A DNA stretch of 64,000 bases from Candidatus Palauibacter sp. (GCF_965261555.1 NZ_OZ253465.1:166633-230632); one strand, 5' to 3'. Counted from the first letter of the stretch, positions 26,892 to 39,167 are shown. Made by a program: numbers and translations. The notes: generated by a model from the letters alone, not told the origin.

Positions 26892-27187
26892 CGGCGCACT
26901 CCGGCTGGGGTTCGGGGCGACGGGAACGGCGGAAACATACCCCGTCCCGTCTTCCGCGCCACGCCATGCACGCTTCCATGCCAATTTGGCACCCCGCGCC
27001 GGCCGACGGCCCCGGCGAGTGCCATTTTGTCGGAAAACACGGCCTACGGGCGGGCTGCGGCGCGGCACGGCGCTTGCAATGTGTTTGTGCGTTCGCGGGC
27101 GCGTTGCTGGAGGCGAAGCGAGGCGCCGCGCCGCGCGACTCGGGTCTGGGACGGAAACAGCGGACAAGCACAAGCCAAGGAAAACCA

Positions 27188-29134
27188 ATGGGCAAGATCA
27201 TCGGAATCGATCTCGGGACGACGAACTCGGTCGTCGCCGTAATGGAAGGTGGAGACCCCGTCGTCATCCCGAGCGCGGAGGGCGCGCGCACGACGCCCTC
27301 GGTGGTCGCCTTCACGAAGGAGGGAGAGCGGCTCGTCGGGCAGGTCGCCAAGCGGCAGGCCGTCACGAACCCGCTCAACACCGTCGCCTCGATCAAGCGC
27401 TTCATGGGCCGCAAGCGGTCCGAGGTGGGCGAGGAGATGAAGCTCGTCACCTACGACATCCAGGGCGACAACCAGGACCGCGTGCAGGTGCGGATTGCGC
27501 ACGCGGACAAGACGTTCACGCCGCCCGAACTCTCGGCCATGGTGCTGCAGAAGATGAAGCAGACCGCCGAGGACTACCTGGGACAGGAAGTGACCGAGGC
27601 CGTGATCACGGTCCCGGCCTACTTCAACGACGCCCAGCGGCAGGCGACGAAGGACGCGGGCCGCGTGGCCGGCCTCACCGTCCGCCGGATCATCAACGAG
27701 CCCACGGCGGCGGCGCTCGCGTACGGCCTCGACAAGAAGTCGGACGAGAAGATCGCCGTGTTCGACCTCGGCGGCGGCACCTACGACATCTCCGTGCTCG
27801 AACTCGGGGACGGCGTGTTCGAGGTGAAGGCCACCAACGGCGACACGCATCTCGGTGGAGACGACTTCGACCAGCGCCTCATCAACTGGCTCGTGGACGA
27901 GTTCAAGAAGGACCAGGGGATCGATCTCTCGGCAGACCCGATGGCCCTGCAGCGCCTCAAGGAGGCGGCGGAGAAGGCGAAGATCGAGCTCAGCTCCACG
28001 ATGCAGACCGACATCAACCTCCCCTTCATCACCGCCGACGCGTCGGGACCCAAGCACCTCAACCTCGCCCTCACGCGGGCGAAGTTCGAGCAGCTGGTGG
28101 ACGACCTGATCCAGCGCACGATCCCGCCGATGGAGAAGGCGCTGGGGGACGCCGGTCTCTCGGTGGACGAGATCGACGAGGTGATTCTCGTCGGCGGCTC
28201 GACCCGGATCCCCAAGATCCAGGACGTCGTGAAGGATTTCTTCGGGCAGGACCCGCACAGGGGCGTGAACCCGGACGAGGTCGTGGGCATCGGGGCCGCG
28301 ATCCAGGGCGGCGTGCTCGGGGGCGACGTGAAGGACGTCCTCCTTCTCGACGTCACCCCGCTCTCGCTCGGGATCGAGACGCTGGGCGGCGTCATGACGT
28401 CGCTCATCGAGCGCAACACGACGATCCCCACGAAGAAGTCGGAGATCTTCTCGACCGCGGAGGACAACCAGAACACCGTCGACATCCACGTGCTCCAGGG
28501 CGAGCGGAAGATGGCGAGCGGCAACAAGACGATCGGCCGCTTCCAGCTCACCGGCATCCCGCCCGCGCCGCGCGGCGTGCCCCAGGTCGAGGTCACCTTC
28601 GACATCGACGCGAACGGCATCCTGCACGTGAGCGCCAGGGACAAGGCGACGGGCAAGGAGCAGAAGATCCGCATCGAGGCGTCTTCGGGGCTCTCCGACG
28701 CCGAGATCGAGAGCATGGTGAGGGACGCGGAGTCGCACGCGGCGGAGGACCAGGAGCGTCGCGAGACCGTCGAAGCCCGCAACCGGCTCGACTCCCTCGT
28801 CTACCAGACGGAGAAGAACCTCGAAGACTGGAAGGAGTCGCTCGACGACGCGGACCGGTCCGCGATCGAGGAGACGCTGGAGCGGGGACGGGCCGCGCTC
28901 AAGCAGGACGACACCGAGGAGGTGGCCGCGGCGAGCACCGCCATCCAGGAGGCGGTCGGCGCGGCGGCGCAGAAGATGTACGCCGCGGCCGGGATGGGGG
29001 CCGACGCCGCGCCGGGCGACATGCCGGGCGCCGGCGACGAAGAGGCCGAAGTCGAGGTGGAGGCGGACGACGCCGGTGAAGAGGAAGTCGTCGAGGCGGA
29101 TTACGAGATCGTCGAGGAGTCCGACGACAAGTAG
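27188..29134 (+). CDS. dnaK: Molecular chaperone DnaK (Hsp70)
   Basis: [18 protein letters not shown]..., [27 protein letters not shown]. In frame within ORF 26789..29134. Confidence 0.97.
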   Translation: MGKIIGIDLGTTNSVVAVMEGGDPVVIPSAEGARTTPSVVAFTKEGERLVGQVAKRQAVTNPLNTVASIKRFMGRKRSEVGEEMKLVTYDIQGDNQDRVQVRIAHADKTFTPPELSAMVLQKMKQTAEDYLGQEVTEAVITVPAYFNDAQRQATKDAGRVAGLTVRRIINEPTAAALAYGLDKKSDEKIAVFDLGGGTYDISVLELGDGVFEVKATNGDTHLGGDDFDQRLINWLVDEFKKDQGIDLSADPMALQRLKEAAEKAKIELSSTMQTDINLPFITADASGPKHLNLALTRAKFEQLVDDLIQRTIPPMEKALGDAGLSVDEIDEVILVGGSTRIPKIQDVVKDFFGQDPHRGVNPDEVVGIGAAIQGGVLGGDVKDVLLLDVTPLSLGIETLGGVMTSLIERNTTIPTKKSEIFSTAEDNQNTVDIHVLQGERKMASGNKTIGRFQLTGIPPAPRGVPQVEVTFDIDANGILHVSARDKATGKEQKIRIEASSGLSDAEIESMVRDAESHAAEDQERRETVEARNRLDSLVYQTEKNLEDWKESLDDADRSAIEETLERGRAALKQDDTEEVAAASTAIQEAVGAAAQKMYAAAGMGADAAPGDMPGAGDEEAEVEVEADDAGEEEVVEADYEIVEESDDK

Positions 29135-29156
29135 CCCTCCGGCGCGGTCTGGCACG

Positions 29157-29199
29157 GCGCGACCCGGGGCCCGTTTCCACGGGCAACCCCGGGTCGCGC
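29157..29199 (+). terminator. GC-rich hairpin 3' of dnaK (13-bp stem GCGCGACCCGGGG / CCCCGGGTCGCGC, with a nested inner stem)
   Basis: Read from the sequence. There is no U-tract, so calling it a terminator is an inference. Confidence 0.4.
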
Positions 29200-29368
29200 G
29201 CCGTTCATCCCATGGTTCGGCGTTCCGGTGTGGTGTCGGCACCACACCGGGTGACGGCTCGGGTCTCGCCGCCGTCATCGGTGCAGGAGTTGAAGGAACG
29301 CCAATCGGGTCTGCTATATTGGTATCTTCGGCCGTGGAGTCGCGGCCGGTGATGAGGGAGACAGAGTG

Positions 29369-30997
29369 ATGAGCGAATCGTTGCGTACTCGACTGAATCT
29401 GCTGATCGCCACGGCGATCGCATTCGCGTTCGGCGTGGGGTTGGCTTCGGTGCTGGACCTGACCCCGGTTTCGATCGCGGCGGACACGGACAGCGATCCG
29501 GGGTGGGTAGTCGGAGCCCCCTCGGGCGCCGCGGTGACGATGGAGGACGGCTTCTCCGAAGTGGCCCGGCGCGTGGCTCCCGCCGTCGTGACCATCTACC
29601 TCACGGCCGTCCGGGAGGTGAGCACGGCCGACTTCCCGCCCGGGTTTCCCCCCGGCTTCGAGTTCCCGCCCGGCTTCGAGTTCCCACCCGGTGTCCGGCC
29701 GCCCTCCGGCGATGAGCCCCCACCCGACGATGCGCCGCCCGAGGCCGACCCGCCCGTGCGAAGGGACTCCTGGAGCGGATCCGGGTTCATCGTCTCCGAG
29801 GACGGCTACGTGGTCACGAACAATCACGTCGTCGCGGGCGCCGAGCGCATCGACATCGAACTCCACGACGGACGGGTGTTCGAGGACGTGGAACTGGTGG
29901 GGCGAGATCCGCAGACGGACGTGGCTCTGCTTCGCCTCGACGTGGATGACATCGCCGTCCTGCCGATCGGCTCCAGCGACCAGACGGGGGTCGGGGAATG
30001 GGTGCTCGCCATCGGGAGCCCCGGTTTCCGCCCGCAGGCGGGACCGCTCCTCTCTTCGGTGACCGCGGGGATCGTCTCCGCCAAGGGGCGAAACATCCGG
30101 ATTCTGCAGAACAGCTCCCCTCTCGCGATCGAGGACTTCATCCAGACGGACGCGGTCATCAACCGGGGCAACTCGGGCGGTCCGCTCGTGAATGCCGCGG
30201 GGGAGGTGATCGGCATCAACACCGCGATTCTCTCGACGTCCGGGAACTACCAGGGGTACGGTTTCGCCGTGCCGATCGAACTCGCGCGGGAGGTCGTCGA
30301 CGATCTCATCGAGTTCGGCGAGGTCCGCCGGGCCCTCATCGGCGTCTCGATCACGGACGTGAACGCAGCGGACGCCGCCTTCTACGGACTCGATCGGGTC
30401 GGGGGGGCGAAGATCCAGACCTTTTCCTTCGATGACAGTCCCGCCCGGCTGGCCGGACTCGAAGGCGGGGACGTCATCGTGGGCGTGGCGGGGCAACCGG
30501 TCTCCGGCGTGTCGGAACTCCAGCGGCGGATCCGCGCCTTCGAGCCGGGGGAGACGGTGGAACTGGACGTGGTGCGGCGCGCCACCCTCGAGCGCGATCA
30601 GGCGCGCGTCCGCCTGATCCCGGCGGAGGACGATTCGCCTCCCCGGATCGCGGCGCGCCCCGAAGCGCCTGAAGCGATGGGCGACGTCCTCGGTCTCGAA
30701 GTTCAGGATGACGCCCAGCTGGAAGCGCGGGACCATGCGCGGTATCGGATCGATCCCGGATTCACGGGCGTCATCATCGTCGACGCCGATTCGCGGGGCG
30801 CGGCGGGACGGGCGGGCATCCTTCCCGGCGCGCTCATCGTCGACATCAACGGCGAGGAGATCCGCACGTCGGCCGACTACGAGCGAATCATCTCCGGACT
30901 CGGGCCCGGGGACGCCCTCAGCCTGCAGTACAGCTTCCCCACGCCCGATGGGGGCCGGCTGAGCCGGTTCCGGAGCGTCGTGATCCCGGAGCGTTGA
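29369..30997 (+). CDS. HtrA/DegP-family periplasmic serine protease with two PDZ domains
   Basis: ORF 29366..30997. GSGFIVSEDGYVVTNNHV, DVALLRL and GNSGGPLVN form the catalytic triad contexts. Two PDZ-like segments follow. N-terminal anchor present. Confidence 0.85.
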   Translation: MSESLRTRLNLLIATAIAFAFGVGLASVLDLTPVSIAADTDSDPGWVVGAPSGAAVTMEDGFSEVARRVAPAVVTIYLTAVREVSTADFPPGFPPGFEFPPGFEFPPGVRPPSGDEPPPDDAPPEADPPVRRDSWSGSGFIVSEDGYVVTNNHVVAGAERIDIELHDGRVFEDVELVGRDPQTDVALLRLDVDDIAVLPIGSSDQTGVGEWVLAIGSPGFRPQAGPLLSSVTAGIVSAKGRNIRILQNSSPLAIEDFIQTDAVINRGNSGGPLVNAAGEVIGINTAILSTSGNYQGYGFAVPIELAREVVDDLIEFGEVRRALIGVSITDVNAADAAFYGLDRVGGAKIQTFSFDDSPARLAGLEGGDVIVGVAGQPVSGVSELQRRIRAFEPGETVELDVVRRATLERDQARVRLIPAEDDSPPRIAARPEAPEAMGDVLGLEVQDDAQLEARDHARYRIDPGFTGVIIVDADSRGAAGRAGILPGALIVDINGEEIRTSADYERIISGLGPGDALSLQYSFPTPDGGRLSRFRSVVIPER

Positions 30998-31102
30998 ACC
31001 GCCGGGGCCGAACGGGCGGGGGCGGGCGCTTGCTTGCCCCTGCCCCAGTCGGTCCCGAGATTCCCGCCCGATCCGGCGCCGCGCCGGGCCGAGCGGAGTC
31101 GC

Positions 31103-31185
31103 GCGAAAGTGGCGGAACTGGCAGACGCGCCAGCCTTAGGAGCTGGTGGCCCTTGGCCGTGGGGGTTCGAGTCCCCCCTTTCGCA
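31103..31185 (+). tRNA. tRNA-Leu (anticodon TAG)
   Basis: Hand-folded. Acceptor GCGAAAG/CTTTCGC, D-arm GCGGAACTGGCAGACGC, anticodon stem CCAGC/GCTGG with loop CTTAGGA, a long variable arm, T-arm GGGGG-TTCGAGT-CCCCC and discriminator A. No encoded CCA. Confidence 0.85.
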
Positions 31186-31232
31186 CTTCGCCACTCGAAG
31201 GCAGCAGGGCACGAGCGGGAGCCATACCGACC

Positions 31233-32504
31233 TTGACCGCAGCCGATTCACAAGCCACCGCGACGGATCCGTTCGACATCGCGATCAAGCGGGAGAACGA
31301 CTACCTGCGCCGTCTCGATGTGTCCGTGGACCCCGCGCAGGTAGCGGCGGCCCGTCGCCGGGAAGCCGCCAGACTCCGGAAGACGACCCGCATCAAGGGA
31401 TTCCGGAAGGGGAAGGTCCCGGTGCGGATCATCGAGGAACGTTACGGGCCCCTCATCGACGAACGGACGGTCGATGCGCTCGTCAACCGGGCGTACCGGA
31501 ACGCCGTACAGCGGCACGAGCTCTCCACCATCGGGGAACCCGTGGTGAGCGAACTGGATTACCGGCCGGGGGAGCGGCTCTCCTTCCGCGTCGACGTGGA
31601 GGTGATGCCGGTGGTCGAACTCGCGCGGACCGGAGGGTTCCGGGTCAAGCGGCGCGAGGTGGCCGTCGAGGACGCGGACGTCGATGAGGTCATCGAGAAC
31701 ATCCGCAAGGAAAACGCCGTGCTCCAGCCCGTGGACCGGGCGCCGCAGAGCGGCGATGTCGTCGCCGTGGCCATCAGGGAACGCGAGGGAGGCGACGGCG
31801 CCGAGGAGAAACCGTACCGGTTCGAGCTGGGCGCGGGCTACGCGATTCCGGACGTGGAGGACGCGATCCTCGCGCTGGCGCCCGGCGAGGAAGGCACGTT
31901 CACGGTCTCCTACCCGGATGATTTCGGGGCCGCGGAACTCGCGGGAACGACCCGGTCGCTGCAGATCCGTCTCGACGAGGTCCGTGCCAGCGAGCTGCCG
32001 GAGCTCACGGACGAATTCGCGAGCGAGATCGGCAATTTCGGGACGCTGGCGGAATTTCGTGAAGCGGTCGAAAAGGAACTCCTGGCGCGCGGTGAACGTC
32101 AGGCGGACGAGGAGGTCGGCGAACGACTTCTCGACGCGGTGATCGAAGCCAACGCCTTCGAGGTGCCGCCGAGTCTCACGTCGCGTTATCTTGACCGGGT
32201 GATCGACGCCCCCGAGGGAGCGGATCCCGGGCAGGTCGAGGAGGCCCGCAAGTCCGTGACCCCCCAGGTGGAGCGTCAGATAAAGCGGGATCTGGTGCTC
32301 GAACGACTCATCGAGGATCAGGGACTCGATCTGTCGAGCGAGGAGTTCGACGAGCGCCTGTCGGAACTGGGGAAGGCGAGGGGCAAGAGCCTGGTGGAGA
32401 TGCGCCGGCAGCTCGCGAAGGAGAAGCAGCTCGACCCGCTCCGCCGCCGTTTCGCCATCGACAAGGCGTTCCGGTTTCTGATCGACGGCTCGGACGTGAG
32501 CTGA
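31233..32504 (+). CDS. tig: Trigger factor
   Basis: In ORF 31146..32504. GFRKGKVPVRIIEERYG is the ribosome-binding signature, followed by a PPIase-like middle and a C-terminal arm domain. Start set to TTG 31233, downstream of the tRNA. Uncertain. Confidence 0.85.
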   Translation: MTAADSQATATDPFDIAIKRENDYLRRLDVSVDPAQVAAARRREAARLRKTTRIKGFRKGKVPVRIIEERYGPLIDERTVDALVNRAYRNAVQRHELSTIGEPVVSELDYRPGERLSFRVDVEVMPVVELARTGGFRVKRREVAVEDADVDEVIENIRKENAVLQPVDRAPQSGDVVAVAIREREGGDGAEEKPYRFELGAGYAIPDVEDAILALAPGEEGTFTVSYPDDFGAAELAGTTRSLQIRLDEVRASELPELTDEFASEIGNFGTLAEFREAVEKELLARGERQADEEVGERLLDAVIEANAFEVPPSLTSRYLDRVIDAPEGADPGQVEEARKSVTPQVERQIKRDLVLERLIEDQGLDLSSEEFDERLSELGKARGKSLVEMRRQLAKEKQLDPLRRRFAIDKAFRFLIDGSDVS

Positions 32505-32534
32505 TGGACTTCGCAAACCACGTGAGGGACTGAC

Positions 32535-33170
32535 TTGAGCACGATATTCGCACCGTACGTCATCGAACGGTCGAGCCGCGGGGAACGCACGTACGACATC
32601 TTCTCGCGTCTCCTCATGGACCGGATCGTCTTCCTCGGAGCTCCGATCAACGACGATGTGGCGAACGTGGTGATCGCCCAGTTGCTCTTCCTGGAGGCGG
32701 ACAACCCGGAGCGCGAGATCAACATCTACATCAACTCGCCGGGGGGGAGCGTCCAGGCGGGACTCGCGATCTACGACACGATGCAGTTCCTGAACGCCCC
32801 GGTGGCGACGATGTGCATGGGGATGGCGGCGTCGATGGGAGCGTTCCTGCTCGCCGCCGGCACGCCCGGCAGGCGGCGCTCGCTGCCGAACGCGCGGATC
32901 ATGATCCACCAGCCTTCCGGCGGCTCCTACGGGACGGCGGCGGACATCGAGATCCAGGCGAAGGAGATCCTCAACGCCCGCGAGCGGCTGAACGGGATCC
33001 TCGCCGAACACACCGGGCAGGATCTCGATCGGATCGCCGAGGATGTCGACCGCGACCGCTTCATGTCCCCCGAGGAAGCGCGGGACTACGGGCTCATCGA
33101 CCTCGTGGTCGTGCGCGAGGCGGAGGTCGACGGCAAGAACGGCCGACCCGGCCCCGCCGTGGCGGAGTAG
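32535..33170 (+). CDS. clpP: ATP-dependent Clp protease proteolytic subunit
   Basis: [42 protein letters not shown]. Confidence 0.95.
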   Translation: MSTIFAPYVIERSSRGERTYDIFSRLLMDRIVFLGAPINDDVANVVIAQLLFLEADNPEREINIYINSPGGSVQAGLAIYDTMQFLNAPVATMCMGMAASMGAFLLAAGTPGRRRSLPNARIMIHQPSGGSYGTAADIEIQAKEILNARERLNGILAEHTGQDLDRIAEDVDRDRFMSPEEARDYGLIDLVVVREAEVDGKNGRPGPAVAE

Positions 33171-33206
33171 CGCCGGAGCAACCCGAGGGACCGAGGGGAG
33201 GCGACG

Positions 33207-34454
<1,248 letters not shown>

Positions 34455-34461
34455 CGGGCCC

Positions 34462-35082
34462 GTGCCGCCGACGGACCGGGGCGTCGCGCGCGTCAGGACG
34501 GTCGAGTTTGTCGGCGCCATCGGCGCGGCCGGCCAGAAGCCGCCGCGCGACCTCCCGCAGATCGCGATCGCGGGGCGCTCGAACGTCGGGAAGTCCTCGC
34601 TGCTCAACCGGCTTGTGGGGCGGAAGAGCCTCGCGCGAACCTCGAAGCAGCCCGGGCGCACGCGCGAGATCAACTTCTTCCTCGTCGACGACCGCTACAT
34701 GCTCGTCGATCTGCCGGGCTACGGGTTCGCGAAGGCGCCGAAGACCGTGCGGAAGAAGTGGGGACGGCTGATCGACGGATACCTGCGCCGGACGCCGAAG
34801 CTGCTCGGGCTCGTGCTGCTCGTGGACGCGCGCCGCGGACTCACGGACGACGATGAGCGGATGATCGAGTTCCTGGGGGCGACCGGGACGCCGACGCTCT
34901 TCGCGCTCACGAAGGCGGACAAGCTGAACCGGTCCGCGCGCCGGCGGGCGACGAAGAAGCTGCGCGAGACGCTCGATCTCGATGCGGATCAGCTGGTCGA
35001 GACGTCTGCCCGCACCGGCGCCGGTATCGACACGCTGCGGGAGAGCATCGCCGCCCTCATCGCCGAGGCGGCGCCCGACTAG
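34462..35082 (+). CDS. engB: Ribosome biogenesis GTPase YihA/YsxC (EngB)
   Basis: GRSNVGKSSLLN, DLPGYGFA, TKADK. Confidence 0.85.
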   Translation: MPPTDRGVARVRTVEFVGAIGAAGQKPPRDLPQIAIAGRSNVGKSSLLNRLVGRKSLARTSKQPGRTREINFFLVDDRYMLVDLPGYGFAKAPKTVRKKWGRLIDGYLRRTPKLLGLVLLVDARRGLTDDDERMIEFLGATGTPTLFALTKADKLNRSARRRATKKLRETLDLDADQLVETSARTGAGIDTLRESIAALIAEAAPD

Positions 35083-35150
35083 CCGATCCGACTCATCGCC
35101 CGCGGCACCCGGCACGTCGAGGCCACGGGCGCGGGCCGAAAGGAGACGCG

Positions 35151-36347
35151 ATGAGAGGGCTCGTCATCGGACTGCTCGGGTTCTTTCGGCGCCTCTCGCT
35201 CGCGGCGCAGAAGCTTCGGGGCCGGACCCCGGCGGACACGGCCGCGCAGCGCGTGGTGAGCGGGAAGTCGTGGGATGAATTCTGCGACACGCTCAAGGCG
35301 GCCGGAGCCGCGCTCACCTTCCCGGGCGCACCCCGCGATCCGTTCAACCAGGCGGAGGGATACCGGTATCTCAGCCGCCTGACCCGCGGGGGGCTCATGG
35401 CTTTCGTGGAACACGCCGACCCGCGGGCGCCCGTGCTGCACCGCGTGGCCCACGAGACCGTGAAGCTGGGGAGCGACAACCCGGACAACTACTACCAGAC
35501 CGCCGCGATTCACGGCGACTTCGAGTACAGGATCTCGGGGCGGCGCAACACCGTGAGGTACCTCGGCTTCGGCACGCAGGCCGGCCACTACGGGCAGAGC
35601 GGGGGTCTGCCCCCCACGGGCTACGTCGAGGCGAGCGAGATCGAGATCGGCGAGGACGGGACCTTCGAACTCATCGTCAGCACCCGGCGCCACGAAGGAA
35701 ACTGGCTCCCGATGACGGCGGAGAGCCGGACGCTGATCGTGCGCCAGACCTTCCTCGACCGGGAGACCGAGGAGCCGGCCGAGTTGCACATCGAGCGCAT
35801 CGGCTGTCCGGACGACGAGAAGCAGCCTCATTCCCTCACGCCGGAGCAGATCGACGAGGGGTTGAAGTCCGCCGGGACGCTGGTCGCGGGCGCGGCGATG
35901 CTGTTCGCGAACTGGGCCCGCGGCTTCAGGAAGCACTCGAACACGCTGCCCATGTTCGATCCGGACGTGTCGCTCCAGGCGGGGGGCGACCCGAATATCG
36001 TCTACTATCACAGCCACTGGGCGGTGGCCGAGGACGAGGCCCTGGTGATCGTGGCCGTGCCCCCCGAGTGCGAGCACTGGAACTTCCAGCTGAACAACTA
36101 CTGGATGGAGTCGCTCGACTACCGCTATCACACCATCCACACGAACAAGCACCTCGCGCACCACGAAGCGGACGGCTCCGTGCGCCTGGTGGTGGCCCAC
36201 GAGGACCCCGGGCTCCCGAACTGGATCGAGACCGCGGGCCACACGTCCGGGACGATGTGCTTCCGCTGGATCCGGGCGGAGGCGCATCCGCAGCCGCAAA
36301 CCCGGCTCGTGAAGTTCTCGGAGCTGGACGCGCGCGGCGACTCGTAG
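35151..36347 (+). CDS. Conserved hypothetical protein (reminds me of DUF1214-type proteins)
   Basis: ORF 35151..36347 with AAAGGAG 6 nt upstream. Coding-like composition. WNFQLNNYWMESLDY is the motif behind the tentative family call. Confidence 0.55.
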   Translation: MRGLVIGLLGFFRRLSLAAQKLRGRTPADTAAQRVVSGKSWDEFCDTLKAAGAALTFPGAPRDPFNQAEGYRYLSRLTRGGLMAFVEHADPRAPVLHRVAHETVKLGSDNPDNYYQTAAIHGDFEYRISGRRNTVRYLGFGTQAGHYGQSGGLPPTGYVEASEIEIGEDGTFELIVSTRRHEGNWLPMTAESRTLIVRQTFLDRETEEPAELHIERIGCPDDEKQPHSLTPEQIDEGLKSAGTLVAGAAMLFANWARGFRKHSNTLPMFDPDVSLQAGGDPNIVYYHSHWAVAEDEALVIVAVPPECEHWNFQLNNYWMESLDYRYHTIHTNKHLAHHEADGSVRLVVAHEDPGLPNWIETAGHTSGTMCFRWIRAEAHPQPQTRLVKFSELDARGDS

Positions 36348-36366
36348 CCGGGGGGACGAGAACCCG

Positions 36367-37659
36367 GTGCAGACCTCGACGGAGTACCGCAGACCTTACC
36401 GGCCCCTGCCGGTGTCGATCTTCAACGCCGCGGGGCGCGCGGCCCGCAGGCTCGGCTTCGGCGGCCCTCTGAACGTCGACCGGATGGTCGCCGCGGCGAG
36501 GCGAAAGACGGGGCTCTCCGACTTCGGCGATGAGTGGTTCCTGGAGCCGCTCGAGGTCCTCGTGGGATCGATGAACGCCGAGGCGAGGCTGACGCCGCTC
36601 GGGGCGCGGATCCAGCACGTGCGGATCGTATCGGCGCTCTCCACCCGGCTGCGGGTGGAGCGGCTGCTGCGGGAGAAGCCGGAGATTCTCGACATCGGGC
36701 TCGGGAAGGTCATCCTCATCGCGGGTCTTCAGCGGACGGCCACGACGCTGCTGCACCGGCTGATCGCGGCGGGTCCCGGGATCCGCTCGCTGAAGTCGTG
36801 GGAGGCGCTGAATCCCCTCCCCCTCCCCGGTGAGCGGACCGGCGACCCGCGGGGCCGCATCGGGCGGGCGAAGCTGGCGGTCCGGACGATCCGCTTTCTG
36901 GCCCCCGAGTTCCTGGCGATCCATCCCATCGCCCACGATGCGCCGGAGGAAGATGTCCTGCTCCTCGACCTCTCGTTCATGAGCCAGTCGGCGGAAGCGG
37001 CGATGCACGTGCCGGGCTATTCCGCGTGGCTCGAAGCGCAGGATCACACGAGGTGCTACGAGTACCTGCGCACGGTGCTCAAGATCCTGCACTGGCAGCG
37101 TCCGGGCGCCGGCTGGGTGCTGAAGACGCCCCACCACGTGGAGTATCTCGACGTCATCCGCGGTGTCTTCCCCGGCGTCTGCGTCGTCCAGACGCACCGG
37201 GACCCAAAGAAATCCATTCCCTCATTCTGGAGCATGGTGGCCCACGGCCGAGGGATCTTCAGCGACCACGTCGACCCGGAGGAGATCGGGACGCACTGGA
37301 TGCGGAAGACGCGCCGCCTGATCGAGCGCTCCATGTCAGTGCGAAGGAACGCCGGGAATCGGGGGTTCGTCGATGTGTCCTACTACGATCTGCTTGCCGA
37401 CCCGCTCGCGGAGTTGCGAAGGATATACCGGGCCGCGGGGATCGATTTCACGGCGGAGGCCGAGGCCGCCGCGGAGGCCGTGTCGCGGGGCGGTCCCGCG
37501 GGTCGCCATGGCCGACACGTGTATTCGGCGACCCACTTCGGTTTCGACGACGGCACGATTGACGAGTACTGCGACGCCTACCTGCGGGAGTATCGCATCC
37601 CCGACGAGACCGCGATGCTCGATGGCACCTCGCCGGGAACCCGCGACGAGGAACGGTGA
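36367..37659 (+). CDS. Sulfotransferase-family protein
   Basis: ILIAGLQRTATTLLHRL is PAPS 5'-phosphosulfate-binding-loop-like. LKTPHHVEYLD follows later. Confidence 0.65.
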   Translation: MQTSTEYRRPYRPLPVSIFNAAGRAARRLGFGGPLNVDRMVAAARRKTGLSDFGDEWFLEPLEVLVGSMNAEARLTPLGARIQHVRIVSALSTRLRVERLLREKPEILDIGLGKVILIAGLQRTATTLLHRLIAAGPGIRSLKSWEALNPLPLPGERTGDPRGRIGRAKLAVRTIRFLAPEFLAIHPIAHDAPEEDVLLLDLSFMSQSAEAAMHVPGYSAWLEAQDHTRCYEYLRTVLKILHWQRPGAGWVLKTPHHVEYLDVIRGVFPGVCVVQTHRDPKKSIPSFWSMVAHGRGIFSDHVDPEEIGTHWMRKTRRLIERSMSVRRNAGNRGFVDVSYYDLLADPLAELRRIYRAAGIDFTAEAEAAAEAVSRGGPAGRHGRHVYSATHFGFDDGTIDEYCDAYLREYRIPDETAMLDGTSPGTRDEER

Positions 37660-37662
37660 GAC

Positions 37663-38694
37663 ATGCGAACCACGAACTACAACAGGAAGTTCAGCGCCTT
37701 CGCCAGCGGGGTCGTCGATCGTTTCTCCCAGCGTGCCACGCTCAGGCCGCTCCCGGAGAACGTCCGCCTCGACGGCAGGGTGTGCCTCGTCACCGGGGCG
37801 AACCGGGGGCTGGGCAGGGCGGTGGCCGTCGACCTGGCGAAACGCGGCGGGGAGGTGCTCATGGCCTGCCGGAGCGGTCATCCCGATGCCGGTGAGGAGG
37901 TTCGGCGCCTCGCCGGTTCCGATGCGGTCGACATGCTGCACGTGGACCTGGCCGACCTCGACTCCGTACACGCGCTGTGCGACCGCCTCGAACGCGAGCG
38001 CCGCAGGGTGGACATCCTCGTCCTGAACGCCGGCGTGATGCCGGCGAAGGCACGCAGGTCGGCCCAGGGCTACGAGCTGATGTTCGCGGTTCACTTCCTG
38101 GCCAACCGCGTACTGATCGACCGGCTCCTGGCGGACGGCACGATTCGACCCGCCGGCCGCGACGGTGAGACTCCCAGAATCGTTTTCATCGTGTCCGAAA
38201 CGCACCGGGCCGCCGATTCGATCGACTTCGGCAATTTCGGCGCGTTCACCGACTACGGCCTGAAGGACGGCCTTAAGTACTATGCGTTGAGCAAACTGCA
38301 CCTGTGCACCTACGCCCAGGAGCTGTCGCGCCGGCTGAACCCGGAAGGAGAGGTGAGGATCGCCGTGAACTCGCTGTGCCCGGGGGCGGTCGACTCCGAC
38401 CTGATGCGGGAAGCGCCGTGGTTCCTGAAACCCCTGCTCCACCCGACGAGACGCCTGCTCTTCGCGGCGCCCGACAAGGCGGTGGCGCCCGTGGCCCATG
38501 CGTGCTGCGCGGAGGACATGGGTCGGCGCAGCGGGGTCTATCTGCACCTGATGCGGGAGAAGGAGATGTCCGCGCCGGCCATGGACGCCGCGGCGGGCGC
38601 ACGACTGTGGCGGGAGAGCGAGGCCCTGCTGGCGCGACATCCGCGACCGGGCGAAGAGGGTCCCCGCGGGCTCGCCACGGGTGAATCGGAGTGA
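37663..38694 (+). CDS. SDR-family oxidoreductase
   Basis: VTGANRGLGRA (TGxxxGxG), NAGV, and YALSK matching the YxxxK catalytic context. Confidence 0.8.
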   Translation: MRTTNYNRKFSAFASGVVDRFSQRATLRPLPENVRLDGRVCLVTGANRGLGRAVAVDLAKRGGEVLMACRSGHPDAGEEVRRLAGSDAVDMLHVDLADLDSVHALCDRLERERRRVDILVLNAGVMPAKARRSAQGYELMFAVHFLANRVLIDRLLADGTIRPAGRDGETPRIVFIVSETHRAADSIDFGNFGAFTDYGLKDGLKYYALSKLHLCTYAQELSRRLNPEGEVRIAVNSLCPGAVDSDLMREAPWFLKPLLHPTRRLLFAAPDKAVAPVAHACCAEDMGRRSGVYLHLMREKEMSAPAMDAAAGARLWRESEALLARHPRPGEEGPRGLATGESE

Positions 38695-39167
38695 AATCGC
38701 AGCGGGAGGGCTTCGCCGTGTTCAAGGGGCATGTGAGTTCGGAAACCGTGGAAATCGACGCGCCGATCGAACGGGCGTGGGAGGTCCTCACCGACTTCGA
38801 GCGCTACGGCGAATGGAATCCATTCACGCCCTCGGTCGCCACGGACTTCGAGATCGGCTCGCCGGTCGAACTGTACGTCAGGATGGGACCCTGGAGACTG
38901 AAGCAGATCGAACGGATCGAGGCCGTCGAACCGCCGCACCTCATCGCCTGGAGCACGACGATGGGGCACCGCTTTCTGATCTGCGCCCTGCGGGAGCAGC
39001 GTCTCGAGGCGGTGGGTAATGGACGCTGCCGGTACCGCACGACGGACGATTTTTCCGGCCTTCTGATCCCGCTCGTGATGCTGCTCTTCGGAGGGTTCGT
39101 GCGCCGCGGCTTCAACGACGTCGCACGAGAGCTGAAGGCCCGCGCGGAGACCGGTTCGGCGGAGTGA
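38691..39167 (+). CDS. SRPBCC (START/polyketide-cyclase-like) family protein
   Basis: ETVEIDAPIERAWEVLTDFERYGEWNPF is a typical SRPBCC N-terminus. The GTG start overlaps the upstream stop. Confidence 0.6.
   Translation: MKSQREGFAVFKGHVSSETVEIDAPIERAWEVLTDFERYGEWNPFTPSVATDFEIGSPVELYVRMGPWRLKQIERIEAVEPPHLIAWSTTMGHRFLICALREQRLEAVGNGRCRYRTTDDFSGLLIPLVMLLFGGFVRRGFNDVARELKARAETGSAE

Noticed and set aside
24631-27450. 939-aa ORF that looks like one giant protein
   Set aside because: Only the last 281 aa (PNP) make sense. The upstream part overlaps nupC in another frame and is Arg-rich nonsense. The start was reset to GTG 25476.
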